Source: Tubulanus polymorphus (taxonomy: Eukaryota; Animalia; Nemertea). Taken from it: DNA of 64,000 nt. This document shows positions 1 to 14,425 of this stretch, one piece after another (the first letter of the stretch is position 1; the number at the start of each line of letters is the position of its first letter). The position numbers and the translations under genes were made by a program. The notes under the pieces were generated by a model. It was not told the origin of the DNA, did not search any database, and worked only from the letters and a program-made list of their open reading frames with translations. Location of the stretch: positions 4,836,001-4,900,000 of the forward strand of contig NC_134035.1 of NCBI RefSeq assembly GCF_964204645.1, written 5' to 3'.

Positions 1-180
1 TTGTTCACTTTTATCAAAGTCATCTACTGCTAGCGTTCCCCATGAATTGTTTAGCACATTTAAATGACAGCGAGCTGATGAGCCGCTACGTTTGTTTATA
101 TAGTCTTCAGTCAGAATTGTGCAATTATTTTTCTAATTTTGTGTGTTGTTCTCGGGGTCAAAGGTCTATGTCTCGTAATA
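1..180 (+). repeat. Direct duplicate of 18020-18199, including a putative signal-peptide exon (104-163)
   Basis: Near-identical to 18020-18199. After tttatatAG the segment reads xFSQNCAIIFLILCVVLGVKG (second copy ...GVRG); the two differences inside it are synonymous (CTA/CTG) and conservative (K/R). Confidence 0.7.
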
Positions 181-3100
181 AAGAAGTTTCCAGTTTCTAG
201 GCGCCAGTTTATGGCGGTCCCTCGAGGTCCCCATTGTTGCGATAATTTGCGCTCATTTTTAAAACATAAGTTTAGATTGAATATCATATAGTTCTGCAGT
301 CCCTTGCTCGATGAAATCAATTTATACACCATTTTAAAGGAAATGAAATGCAGATATTTGCTGGCGATTCTTGGAATTTTTGAACGCAACAATTGAGAAC
401 AGTGACAATGTGAAACCAAGGACCGCATATCTTAACTGTGCGTAAAAGAAACCGCAATATCTATTAATTTAGAAATATCTAAGTATTTCTTGAAGCTATA
501 TTTCCTATTTTCACAGAGGTTAAGGAGGGTTATTTGCAGTTTAAGCCTGCGTTAAAATCTTTTGAATATCTTTCCTGACGACTGATCTGTACCCGCTTGA
601 GTTTGAGATTACGCGCAAAAGGGGTCTCTTTAATTTAATACAAAATCTTCAGAATGATATGAAGCCTCATGAATCTGGATCTTTCAACCCATCTCTTGAA
701 AATGAGTTCAGTACACCCCACCCATAAATAACAATTCAATACCGCATCTTCAGGACGATATGCAGCCACAAAATTCTGGATCTTTCTACTGAACTATTGA
801 AACTTAGTTTAGTACACCCTACACATATAGGACAATTGAAATCAGCATCTTCAGGAAGATATTAAGTCCCAAAATTCGGGATCTTTCGACCAATCTATTG
901 AAAATTAGTTCAGTACATCCTACCCATATATGACAATTCAATACTGCATCTTCAGGACGATATGAAGCCCAAAATTCTGGATGTTTCGACCAATCTATTG
1001 TTTTCAGTTCATTACACCCTTCCCATAAAGGACAATTGAATTAAGCATCTTCAGGACGATATGAAGTCACAAAATTCTGGATCTTTCAACCAATCTACTG
1101 GAAATCAGTTCAGTAATCAAATACATCATTTTCAGGACCATATGTATAGCGAGAAAATCCAGATCTTTTGACCCATCTTTTGAAAATGAGCTCAGTACAC
1201 CATACCCATATATGACAATTCAAAAAAGCATCTTCAGGACGATATGAAGCCACAAATTCTGGATCATTCGACCAATCTATTGAAAATTAGTTCAGAACAC
1301 GCTACACATATAGGACAATTTAATACAGCATCTTCAGGACGATATGAAGCCACAAAATTCTGGATCTTTCAACCAATTTATTGGAAATCAGTTCAGTAAT
1401 CACATACCCGATCTATTGCAATTGAATACAACATCTTCTAGACCCCTTGTAGCCACAAAATTCTGGATCATCCAACCGTTCTCTTGATAATCAGTTCAGT
1501 ACAACCCATAGCATCTATAAAGATTAAATACATCATTTTCAGGACCATATGTAGTGAGAAAATCCAGATCTTTCGACCCATCCAATGGAATTTAGTTCAG
1601 TACACCCTACCCATATGTGGGTAATTCAATACAGCATCTTCAGGACGATATGAAACCACAAATTCTGGATCTTTCGACCAGTCTTTTGAAAATCAGTTCA
1701 GAACACGCTACACATATAGGAGAATTTAATACAACATCTTGAGGACGACATGAAGCCACAAATTCTGGATATTTCTTCCAATCTATTGAAACTTAGTTCA
1801 GTACACCCTACCCATATATGACAATTTAATACAACATCTACAGGACGATATGAAGCCCAAAATTCTGGATGTTTCTACCAATCTAATGAAAATCAGTTCA
1901 GTACACCCTACCCATATAGGAAAATTTAAAACAGCATCTTGAGGACAATATGAAGCCCCAAAATTCTGGATGTTTCGACCAATCTAATGAAAATAAGTTC
2001 AGTACACCATCCTCATATATGACAATTCAAAACAGCATCTTCTGCATGATATAAAGACACAAATTCAGGATCTTTCGACCAATCTCTTAAAAATTGGTTC
2101 AGTACACCCTACCCATATATGACAATTCAATACTGCATCCTCAGGACGATATAAAGTCCCAAAATTCTGGATCTTTCGACCAATCTATTGAAAATCAGTT
2201 CAGAACACTCTACACATAAAGGACAATTGAATTCAGCATCTTCAGGACGATATGAAGCCACAAAATTCTTGATCTTTCAACCAATCTATTGAAACTAAGT
2301 TCAGTACACCCTACCCATATATGACATTTTAATACAGCATCTTCAGGACGATATGAAGCCCAAAAATCTGGATGTTTCGACCAATCTATTGAAAATCAGT
2401 TCAGTACACCCTACCCATTTATGACAATTTAATACAGCATCTTCAGGATGAAACGAAGCCCCAAAATTCTAGATATTTCGACCAATCTCTTGAAAATCAG
2501 TTCAGTACACCCTACCCATATTTGACAATTCAATACTGCATCCTCAGGACAATATAAAGTCCCAAAATTCTGGATCTTTCGACCAATCTGTTGAAAATCA
2601 GTTCAGTACACCATCCCCATATATGACAATTCAAAACAGCATCTTCTGCATGATATAAAGACACAAATTCAGGATCTTTCGACCAATCTCTTAAAAATTG
2701 GTTCAGTACACCCTACCCATATATGACAATTCAATACTGCATCCTCAGGACGATATAAAGTCCCAAAATTCTGGATCTTTCGACCAATCTATTGAAAATC
2801 AGTTCAGAACACTCTACACATAAAGGACAATTGAATTCAGCATCTTCAAGACGATATGAAGCCACAAAATTCTTGATCTTTCGACCAATGTATTGAAAAT
2901 CAGTTCAGTACACCCTACCCATTTATGACAATTTAATACAGCATCTTCAGGATGAAACGAAGCCACAAAATTCTTGATCTTTCGACCAATGTATTGAAAA
3001 TCAGTTCAGTACACCCTACCCATATTTGACAATTCAATACGGCATCTTCAGGACGATATGAAGCCACAAAATTCGGGATTTTTCAACGCATCTATTGGAA

Positions 3101-6100
3101 ATCAGTTCAATAAACACCTAACCAATCGATTGCAATTGAATACGACATGTTCCAGACTGTATGTAGCCACAAAATTCTGGATCATCCAACCGTTCTCTTG
3201 ATAATCAGTTCAGTCAACCCATAGCATCTATAAAGATTAAATACATCATTTTCAGGACCATATGTAGCGAGAAAATCCAGATCTTTCGAACCATCTCTTG
3301 AAAATGAGTTCAGTACACCTTACCCATAAATGACAATTCAAAACAGCTTCTTCAGGACGATATAAAACCCCAAAATTCTCGATGTTTCGACCCATCTATT
3401 GAAAATTTGTTCAGTTCATCCAACCCATATATGTCAATTTAATACAACATCATCAGGACGATATGAAGCCCCCAAAATTCTGGATATTTCGACCAATCTC
3501 CTGAGAATTAGTTCAGTACACCCTACCCATATATGACAATTCAATACTGCATCTTCAGGATGATATGAAGCCCCAAACTCTGGATCTTTCGACCAATCTC
3601 TTAAAAATCAGTTCAGCCTACCCATACATCATCCCTACCCATACATCATTTTCAGGACCATATGTAGTGAGAAAATCCAGATCTTTCGACCCATCCATTG
3701 GAATTTAGTTCAGTACACCCTACCCATATGTGGGTAATTCAATACAGCATCTTCAGGACGATATGAAACCACAAATTCTGGATCTTTCGACCAGTCTTTT
3801 GAAAATCAGTTCAGAACACGCTACACATATAGGAGAATTTAATACAACATCTTGAGGACGACATGAAGCCACAAATTCTGGATATTTCTTCCAATCTATT
3901 GAAACTTAGTTCAGTATACCCTACCCATATATGACAATTTAATACAACATCTACAGGACGATATGAAGCCCAAAATTCTGGATGTTTCTACCAATCTAAT
4001 GAAAATCAGTTCAGTACACCCTACCCATATAGGAAAATTTAAAACAGCATCTTGAGGACAATATGAAGCCCCAAAATTCTGGATGTTTCGACCAATCTAA
4101 TGAAAATAAGTTCAGTACACCATCCCCATATATGACAATTCAAAACAGCATCTTCTGCATGATATAAAGACACAAATTCAGGATCTTTCGACCAATCTCT
4201 TAAAAATTGGTTCAGTACAACCTACCCATATATGACAATTCAATACTGCATCCTCAGGACGATATAAAGTCCCAAAATTCTGGATCTTTCGACCAATCTG
4301 TTGAAAATCAGTTCAGTACACCATCCCCATATATGACAATTCAAAACAGCATCTTCAGGACGATATGAAGCCACAAATTCTGGATCATTCGACCAATCTA
4401 TTGAAAATTAGTTCAGAACACGCTACACATATAGGACAATTTAATACAGCATCTTCAGGACGATATGAAGCCACAAAATTCCGGATCTTTCAACCAATTT
4501 ATTGGAAATCAGTTCAGTAATCACATACCCGATCTATTGCAATTGAATACAACATCTTCTAGACCCCTTGTAGGCCACAAAATTCTGGATCATCCAACCG
4601 TTCTCTTGATAATCAGTTCAGTACAACCCATAGCATCTATACAGATTAAATACATCATTTTCAGGACCATATGTAGTGAGAAAATCCAGATCTTTCGACC
4701 CATCCAATGGAATTTAGTTCAGTACACCCTACCCATATGTGGGTAATTCAATACAGCATCTTCAGGACGATATGAAACCACAAATTCTGGATCTTTCGAC
4801 CAGTCTTTTGAAAATCAGTTCAGAACACGCTACACATATAGGAGAATTTAATACAACATCTTGAGGACGACATGAAGCCACAAATTCTGGATATTTCTTC
4901 CAATCTATTGAAACTTAGTTCAGTATACCCTACCCATATATGACAATTTAATACAACATCTACAGGACGATATGAAGCCCAAAATTCTGGATGTTTCTAC
5001 CAATCTAATGAAAATCAGTTCAGTACACCCTACCCATATAGGAAAATTTAAAACAGCATCTTGAGGACAATATGAAGCCCCAAAATTCTGGATGTTTCGA
5101 CCAATCTAATGAAAATAAGTTCAGTACACCATCCCCATATATGACAATTCAAAACAGCATCTTCTGCATGATATAAAGACACAAATTCAGGATCTTTCGA
5201 CCAATCTCTTAAAAATTGGTTCAGTACAACCTACCCATATATGACAATTCAATACTGCATCCTCAGGACGATATAAAGTCCCAAAATTCTGGATCTTTCG
5301 ACCAATCTGTTGAAAATCAGTTCAGTACACCATCCCCATATATGACAATTCAAAACAGCATCTTCTGCATGATATAAAGACACAAATTCAGGATCTTTCG
5401 ACCAATCTCTTAAAAATTGGTTCAGTACACCCTACCCATATATGACAATTCAATACTGCATCCTCAGGATGATATAACGTCCCAAAATTCTGGATCTTTC
5501 GACCAATCTATTGAAAATCAGTTCAGAACACTCTACACATAAAGGACAATTGAATTCAGCATCTTCAAGACGATATGAAGCCACAAAATTCTTGATCTTT
5601 CAACCAATCTATTGAAACTAAGTTCAGTACACCCTACCCATATATGACATTTTAATACAGCATCTTCAGGACGATATGAAGCCCAAAAATCTGGATGTTT
5701 TCGACCAATCTATTGAAAATCAGTTCAGTACACCCTACCCATTTATGACAATTTAATACAGCATCTTCGGGATGAAACGAAGCCCCAAAATTCTAGATAT
5801 TTCGACCAATCTCTTGAAAATCAGTTCAGTACACCCTACCCATATTTGACAATTCAATACTGCATCCTCAGGACAATATAAAGTCCCAAAATTCTGGACC
5901 TTTCGACCAATCTGTTGAAAATCAGTTCAGTACACCATCCCCATATATGACAATTCAAAACAGCATCTTCTGCATGATATAAAGACACAAATTCAGGATC
6001 TTTCGACCAATCTCTTAAAAATTGGTTCAGTACACCCTACCCATATATGACAATTCAATACTGCATCCTCAGGACGATATAAAGTCCCAAAATTCTGGAT

Positions 6101-8304
6101 CTTTCGACCAATCTATTGAAAATCAGTTCAGAACACTCTACACATAAAGGACAATTGAATTCAGCATCTTCAAGACGATATGAAGCCCCAGAAATCTAGA
6201 TCTTTCGTCCAATCTATTGAAAATCAGTTCAGCACACCCTACCCATATAGGACAATTGAATTCAGCATCTTCAGGACGATATGAAGCCACAAAATTCTGG
6301 ATGTTTTGACAAATCTATTGAAAATCAGTTAAGTACATCCTTCCCATATTTGACAATTCAATACAGGATCTTCAGGACGATATGAAGCCCAAAATTCTGG
6401 ATGTTTTGACCAATCTCTTGAAAATCAGTTCAGTACATCCTACCCATATTTGACAATTCAATACGGCATCTTCAGGACGATATGATGCCCAAAATTCTGG
6501 ATGTTTTGACCAATCTCTTGAAAATCAGTTCAGTACATCCTACCCATATTTGACAATTCAATACAGCATCTTCAGGACGATATGAAGCCCAAAATTCTGG
6601 ATGTTTTGACCAATCTCTTGAAAATCAGTTCAGTACATCCTACCCATATTTGACAATTCAATACGGCATCTTCAGGACGATATGAAGCCACAAAATTCTG
6701 GATCTTTCAACACATCTATTGGAAATCAGTTCAATAAACACCTACCCGATCGATTGCAATTGAATACGACATGTTCCAGACTGTATGTAGCCACAAAATT
6801 CTGGATCATCCAACCGTTCTCTTGATAACCAGTTCAGTCAACCCATAGCATGTATAAAGATTAAATACATCATTTTCAGGACCATATGTAGCGAGAAAAT
6901 CCAGATCTTTCGACCCATCTCTTGAAAATGAGTTCAGTACACCCCACCCATAAATGACAATTCAAAACAGCATCTTCAGGACGATATAAAACCCCAAAAT
7001 TCTCGATGTTTTGACCCATCTATTGAAAATTAGTTCAGTACATCCTACCCATATATGACAATTTAATACAACATCATAAGGACGATATGAAGCCCCAAAA
7101 TTCTGGATATTTCGACCAATCTCTTGAAAATTAGTTCAGTACACCCTACCCATATGTGAAAATTCAATACTGCATCTTCAGGACGATATGAAGCCCCAAA
7201 ATTCTGGATCTTTCAACGTTTCTATGTGAAATCAGTTCAGTTAACACTTACTCGATCTATTACAACTGAATACAACATCTTCTAGACCGTATGTAGCCAC
7301 AAAATTCCGGATCATCCAACTGTTCTCTTCATAATCAGTTCAGTACAATCCATAGCATCTATAAAGATTAAATACATCATTTCATAACCATATGTAGCAA
7401 GAAAATGCAGATCTTTCAACCAATCCATGGAAAATTAGTTCAGTATACCCTAACGATTATATACGACAAATAAATACGGCATCTTCAGGACGACATGAAA
7501 CCCCAAAATTCTGGATGTTTCGACCAATCTATTGAAAATCAGATCAGTACACTCTTCCCATATAGAAAATTGAATACAGCATCATCAGGATGATATGAAG
7601 CCCCAAAATTCTGGTTCTTTCTACATAACTATTGAAAATCAGTTCAGTACACCCTCCCCATATAGGACAATTGAATACAGTATCTATACAGGACGATATG
7701 AAGGCCCAAAAATCTAAATCTCTCGACCAATCTATTGAAACTTAGTTCAGTACACCCTACCCATATATGACAATTAAATACAGCATCTTCAGGACGATAT
7801 GAAGCCCAAAATTCTGGATGTTTCGACCAATCTATTGAAAATCAGTTCAGTACACCCTACCCATATATGACAATTAAATAGAGCATCTTCAGGACGATAT
7901 GAAGCCCAAAATTCTGGATGTTTCGACCAATCTGTTGAAAATCAGTTCAGTACATCCTACCCATATTTGACAATTCAATACAGCATCTTCAGGATGATAT
8001 GAAGCCCCAAAATTCTGGATCTTTCGACGCATCTATCAAAAAATTAGTTCAGTACATCCTACCCATACAGGACAATTCAAAACAGCATCTTCAGGACGAT
8101 ATGAAGCCCCAAAATTCTCCATGTTTCGACCAATCTATTGAAAATCAGTTCAGTACACCCTACACATATAGGACAATTGAATATGAGGCCCCAAAATTCT
8201 GGATGTTTCGATCAATCTATTGAAACTTAGTCCAGTACACCCTACCCATATATGACAATTCAATACAGCATCTTCAGGATGATATGATGCCCCAAAATTC
8301 TGGA

Positions 8305-8965
8305 CGTATCGGCCCCACTCCGCGCGGTTGCACCACAGCGCGGGATTTACGCGAAGCAGCAAACACAAACATGGCCACTCTCTCAATTTTCAATGATAGA
8401 AATCGTGTGTGCATTTCAATTATTTCGGCTGTTAGGGTTTTAAGGCACACTATAAGTTGATGATGTGATATGGCGATGTTAATTAATGATAATTATGCAG
8501 TGAAGCTAGTCACGAACGGTGCCGATTGAGTGTACAGCTGCCAAAAACACTGAAATGTGCGTAGTAGCGTAACTATTTGCAGTGAATTGCAGACGAAACA
8601 TGAAGCCTTAACGGCCGTTTAAAAAAAAATTATACCAATCGCAATTGTAAAATAAAAATGAGATAGAACCTAAGTTAAAATTCTGGCCATTTCTAAAATG
8701 TTATTACTAATTTTTAGTCAGTGCCGAACGTTTAGTTTTCCAACAATAATGAGGGGTGGTAGGTAGTCATGCAATTCAAGTCAACATTTATTACACGTTA
8801 CTTCCGTGTTGTTGAAAATCTCGCGAGTCCTGGACCAAACCCCATTGAACAATGTGATCTGTGTGCTGGCCATAAATGCACACAGATCACACTACACTAC
8901 CCATTACACACTCCAGTACCCACAGCTTTCATATATCCATCCAAATATTTAGAGTGTCTTTCTTC
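8305..8965. mobile_element. 661-bp non-satellite insertion in the satellite array (unclassified)
   Basis: Splits a monomer at AAAATTCTGGA|TCTTTC, with CTGGA at both ends (8300-8304, 8966-8970); 14-bp hairpin at 8853-8891. Confidence 0.55.
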
Positions 8966-10281
8966 CTGGATCTTTCAACGTTTCTATGTGAAATCAGTTC
9001 AGTAAACACTTACTCGATCTATTGCAATTGAATATACGACATCTTCTAGACCGTATGTAGCCACAAAATTCCGGATCATCCAACTGTTCTCTTCATAATC
9101 AGGACGATATGAAGCCACAAATTCTGGATCTTTCGACCAATCTCTTAAAAATTAGTTCAGTACACCCTACACATATGTGACAATTCAATACTGCATCTTC
9201 AGGACGATATAAAGTCCCAAAATTCTGGATGTTTCGACCAATCTGTTGAAAATCAGTTCTGTACACCCTACCCATAAAGGACAATTGAATACAGCATCTT
9301 CAGGACGATATGGAGCCACAAAATTCGGGATCTTTCAACGCATCTATTGGAAATCAGTTCAATAAACACCTACCCAATCTTTTTTACAATTGAATACGAC
9401 ATCTTCTAGACCGTATGTAGCCACAAAATTCTGGATCATCCAACTGTTCTCTTCATAATCAGTTCAGTACAACCCATAGCATCTATAAAGATTAAATACA
9501 TCATTTTCAGGACCATATGTAGCGAGAAAATCCAGATCTTTCGACCCATCTCTTGAAAATGAGTTCAGTACACCCTACCCATGAATGACAATTCAAAACA
9601 GCATCTTCAGGACGATATGAAGCCCCAAAATTCTGGATGTTTCGACCAATCTATTGAAAATCAGTTCAGTACATCCTACCCATATAGGACAATTGAGTAC
9701 GGCATCTTCAGGACGATATGAAGCCACAAATTCTGGATCTTTCGACCAATCTCTTAAAAATTAGTTCAGTACACCCTACAGCTATATATGACAATTCAAT
9801 ACTCTGCGCCCTCCAGGACGATATAAACCCCCAAAATTCTGGATGTTTTGACCAATCTGTTGAAAATCAGTTCAGTCCACCCTACACATATAGCACAATT
9901 TGAATTCAGCATTTTCAGGACGATGAAGCCCCAAAAATCTAGATGTTTCGACCAATCTATTTAAACTTAGTTCAGTACACCACCCATATATGACAATTTA
10001 ATACGGCATCTTCAGGACGATATGATGCCTCAAAATTCTGGATCTTTCAACGTTTCTATGTGAAATCAGTTCAGTAAACACTTACTCGATCTATTGCAAT
10101 TGAATACGACATCTTCTAGACTGTATGTAGCCACAAAATTCCGGATCATCCAACTGTTCTCTTCATAATCAGTTCAGTACAACCCATAGCATCTATAAAG
10201 ATTAAATACATCATTTCAGGACCATATGTAGCGAGAAAATGCAGATCTTTCAACCAATCTATGGAAAATTAGTTCAGTACA

Positions 10282-10691
10282 ATTCAATTCAATTCAATTC
10301 AATACTTTATTACAACTTAAAAGTTTTACAGTAAAACATACAAGTATATAATGCAATAAAGGAGAAAAAGGACAATTAATTTTAAAGAGTAGAAAATTAC
10401 AATTTAAAATAGACAGGATAACACATTTGCGGAACAAGCATGATTTAGAGGACACACTCCGGGGCTCAGTCATGAGAAAACTGGAAGAAGCATATGTATA
10501 CTACCAGGGAGGTGGGAGTGAAAAACCAAGTAGAGGGTTCACTCCCACCTCCCAGGCATATCTAACAAAAAACCCTGTTTCTTTTGTCTGTTATTTGTTG
10601 TATATAGTTACAGAAAAGGTTACAGATCTCAAAGTCGTTACCATAGGACATCAGGAGAATAAAAAGTTCATCCTCGGAAAAATTTTCGAAA
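10282..10691 (-). mobile_element. 5'-truncated non-LTR retrotransposon (L2/CR1-like 3' end) in the satellite
   Basis: Minus strand: ORF tail FENFSEDELFILLMSYGNDFEICNLFCNYIQQITDKRNRVFC* (stop 10562-10564), 3'UTR stem-loop GGGAGGTGGGAGTGAA...TTCACTCCCACCTCCC, AATAAA, then a (GAATT)n tail; the satellite monomer resumes on both sides. Confidence 0.75.
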
Positions 10692-13600
10692 ACACCCTAA
10701 CCATTATATACGACAAATAAATACGGCATCTGAGGACGACATGAAGCCCCAAAATTCTGGATGTTTCGACCAATCTATTGAAAATCAGTTCATAAACCCT
10801 ACCCATATAAGACAATTCAATACAGCATCTTCAGGACGATATGAAGCCCCAAAATTCTGCATGTTTCGACCAATCTATTGAAAATCAGTTCAATACACCC
10901 TACACATATAGGACAATTGAATTCGGCATCTTCAGGACGATATGAAGCCCCAAAATTCTGCATGTTTCGACCACTATTGAAAATTAGTTCAGTGCACCCT
11001 ACCCATATATGACAATTCAATACAGCATCTTCAGGACGATATGAAGCCCCAAAATTCTGGATCTTTCAACGCATCTATCAAAAAATTAGTTCAATACACC
11101 CTACCCTTATATGACAATTTAATACAGCATCTTCAGGACGATATGATGCCCCAAAATTCTGGATCTTTCAACGTATCTATGTGAAATCAGTTCAGTAAAC
11201 ACTTACTCCATCTATTGCAATTGAATACGACATCTTCTAGACCTTATGAAGCCACAAAATTCCGGATCATCCAACTGTTCTCTTCATAATCAGTTCAGTA
11301 CAACCCATAGCATCTATAAAGATTAAATACATCATTTCAGGACCATATGTAGCGAGAAAATGCAGATCTTTCAACCAATCTATGGAAAATTAGTTCAGTA
11401 TACCCTAACCATTATATACGACAAATAAATACGGCATCATCAGGACGACATGAAGCCCCAAAATTCTGGATGTTTCGACCAATCTATTGAAAATCAGTTC
11501 AGAACATCCTACACATAAAGCACAATTTGAATTCAGCATCTTCAGGATGATATGAAATGACAATATTCTGGATGTTTCGACAAATCTATTGAAAATCAGT
11601 TCAGTACACCCTACCGATATTTGGCAATTAAATACAGCATCTTCAGGACGATATGAAGCCCAAAATTCTGGATGTTTCGACCAATCTATTGAAAATCAGT
11701 CCAGTACATCCTACCCATATAGGATAATTGAGTACGGCATCTTCAGATCGATATGAAGTCCCAAAAATCTAGATCTTTAGTCCAATCTATCGAAAATCAG
11801 TTCACAAACCCTACCCATATAGGACAATTGAATTCAGCATCTTCAGGACGATATGAAGCCACAAAATTCGGGATCTTTCAACGCATCTATTGGAAATAAG
11901 TTCAGTACATCCTACCCATATTTGACAATTAAATACAGCATCTTCAGGACAATATGAAGTCCCAAAATTCCGGATCTTTCAACGCATCTATTGGAAATGA
12001 GTTCAATAAACACCTACCCGATCATTTGCAATTGAATACGACATGTTCCAGACTGTATGTAGCCACAAAATTCTGGATCAACCGACCGTTTTCTTGATAA
12101 TCAGTTCAGTACAACCCATAGCATCTATAAAGATTAAATACATCATTTTCAGGACCATATGTAGCGAGAAAATCCAGATGTTTCGACCCATCTATTAAAA
12201 ATTAGTTCAGTACACCCTACCCATATATGACAATTCAATACAGCGTCTTCAGGACGATATGAAGCCCCAAAATTCTGGACTTTTCAACGCATCTATCAAA
12301 AAATTAGTTCAGTACACCCTACCCATATAGGACAATTCAAAACAGCATCTTCAGGACGATATGAAGCCCAAAAATTCTGCATTTTTTGACCAATCTATTG
12401 AAAATCAGTTCAGTACACCCTACACATATAGGACAGTTGAATTCGGCATCCTCAGGATGATATGAGGCCCCAAAATTCTTGATGTTTCGACCAATCTATT
12501 GAAACTTAGTTCAGTACACCCTACCCATATATGACAATTTAATACAGCATCTTCAGGACGATATGATGCCCCAAAATTCTGGTTCTTTCAACGTATCTAT
12601 GTGAAATCAGTTCAGTAAACACTTACTCGATCGATTGCATTTGAATACGACATCTTCTATGTAGCCACAAAATTCCGGATCATCCAACTGTTCTCTTCAT
12701 AATCAGTTCAGTACAACCCATAGCATCTATAAAGATTAAATACATCATTTCAGGACCATATGTAGCGAGAAAATGCAGATCTTTCAACCAATCTATGGAA
12801 AATTAGTTCAGTACACCCTAACCATTATATACGACAAATAAATACGGCATCATCAGGACGACATGAAGCCCCAAATTTCTGGTTCTTTCTACATATCTAT
12901 TGAAAATCAGTTCAGTACATCCTACCCATATAGGGTAATTGAGTACGGCATCTTCAGGACGATATGAAGCCACAAATTCTGGATCTTTCCACCAATCTCT
13001 TAAAAATTAGTTCAGTACACCCTACCCATATGTGACAATTCAATGCTGCATCATCATGACGATATAAAGTCCCAAAATTCTGGATGTTTCGACCAATCTG
13101 TTGAAAATTAGTTCAGCACACCCTACACATAAAGGACATTGTGAATTCAGCATCTTCAGGACGATATGAAGCCACAAAATTCCGGATCTTTCAATCCATC
13201 TATTGGAAATCGGTTCAATAAACACCTACCTGATCGATTGCAATTGAATACGACATGTTCCAGACTGTATGTAGCCACAAAATTCTGGATCATCCAACCG
13301 TTCTCTTGATAATCAGTTCAGTACAACCCATAGCATCTATTAAGATTAAATTACATCATTTTCAGGACCATATGTAGCGAGAAAATGAAGATCTTTCGAC
13401 CCATCTCTTGAAAATGAGTTCAGTACACCCTACCCATAAATGACAATTTAATACAACATCTTCAGGACGATATGAAGCCCCAAAATTCTGGATGTTTTTA
13501 CCAATCTATTGAAAATCAGTTCGGTACACCCTACCCATATAGGATAATTGAGTACGGCACAGGACGATATGAAGCCACAAATTCTGGATCTTTCGACCAA

Positions 13601-14159
13601 TCTCTTAAAAATTAGTTCAGTACACCCTACCCATATATGACAATTCCATACAGCATCTTCAGGATGATATGAAGCCCCAAAATTCTGGTGCTTTCTACTT
13701 ATCTATTGAAAATCAGTTCAGTACACCCTCCCCATATTGGACAATTGAATACAGTATCACAGGACGATATGAAGCCCCAAAAATCTAAATCTTTCGACCA
13801 ATCTATTGAAAATCAGTTCAGTACACCCTCCCCATAAAGGACAATTGAATACAGCATCTTCAGGACCATACAAAGCCCCAAAATTATGGATCTTTTGACC
13901 AATCTTTTGGACGATATGAAGCCACAAATTCTGGATCTTTCGACCAATCTCTTAGTTCAGTACACCCTACCCTTATATGACAATTCAATACTGCATCTTC
14001 AGGACGATATAAAGTCCAAAAATTCTGGATCTTTCGACCGATGTACTGAAAATCAGTTCAGTACACCCTAAGGACAATTGAATTCAGCATCCTCAGGACA
14101 ACATGAAGCCACAAAATTCCGGATCTTTCAATGCATCTATTGGAAATCAGTTCACTGAT

Positions 14160-14425
14160 AAGGAATGAATCATCCTCAGGTTAAAGTCAATAGTAGTCTA
14201 GGCCTATATAGCAGCCAGTCTATATAACTGACCCAACACACGCTCCCATTTCTTTCCACAATTTGGTTCAGTACACAGAATTGCAAACAGCCCTGTCCAG
14301 AAAGGTTAAATCTATTCTATACTTGGTACTCATTCTTCTTGAAATTTCGGATATTTCGAAGCGCGATAATTCCCCTTGCCGGCCTTCATCATAGATTTCG
14401 GGGTTGCGCGCGATCGTTCACGTGA
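14160..14425 (-). pseudogene. Diverged partial duplicate of the 3' part of harmonin exon 16 plus adjacent intron
   Basis: Colinear with ~29566-29815 (e.g. CCCATTTCTTTCCACAATTTGGTTCAGTACACAGAATTGCAAACAGCCCTG); the donor GT is mutated (gtactcattc vs gtactcactc). Confidence 0.85.

Larger units (their letters stand above)
645..14155. repeat. Satellite array, ~100-101 bp monomer, roughly 125 copies, with higher-order structure
   Basis: Consensus ~CAGGACGATATGAAGCCCCAAAATTCTGGATGTTTCGACCAATCTATTGAAAATCAGTTCAGTACACCCTACCCATATATGACAATTCAATACAGCATCTT; exact 100-bp spacing at 6371/6471/6571/6671; interrupted at 8305-8965 and 10282-10691. Confidence 0.97.

Noticed and set aside
10427-10720. 97-aa plus-strand ORF
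   Set aside because: Antisense to the LINE 3' end and runs into satellite.
645-14155. CRISPR array, or protein-coding ORFs (MKPQNSG...) in the 100-bp repeat
   Set aside because: Units are contiguous with no unique spacers, there are no cas genes, the context is eukaryotic, and the 100/101-bp units break frame.
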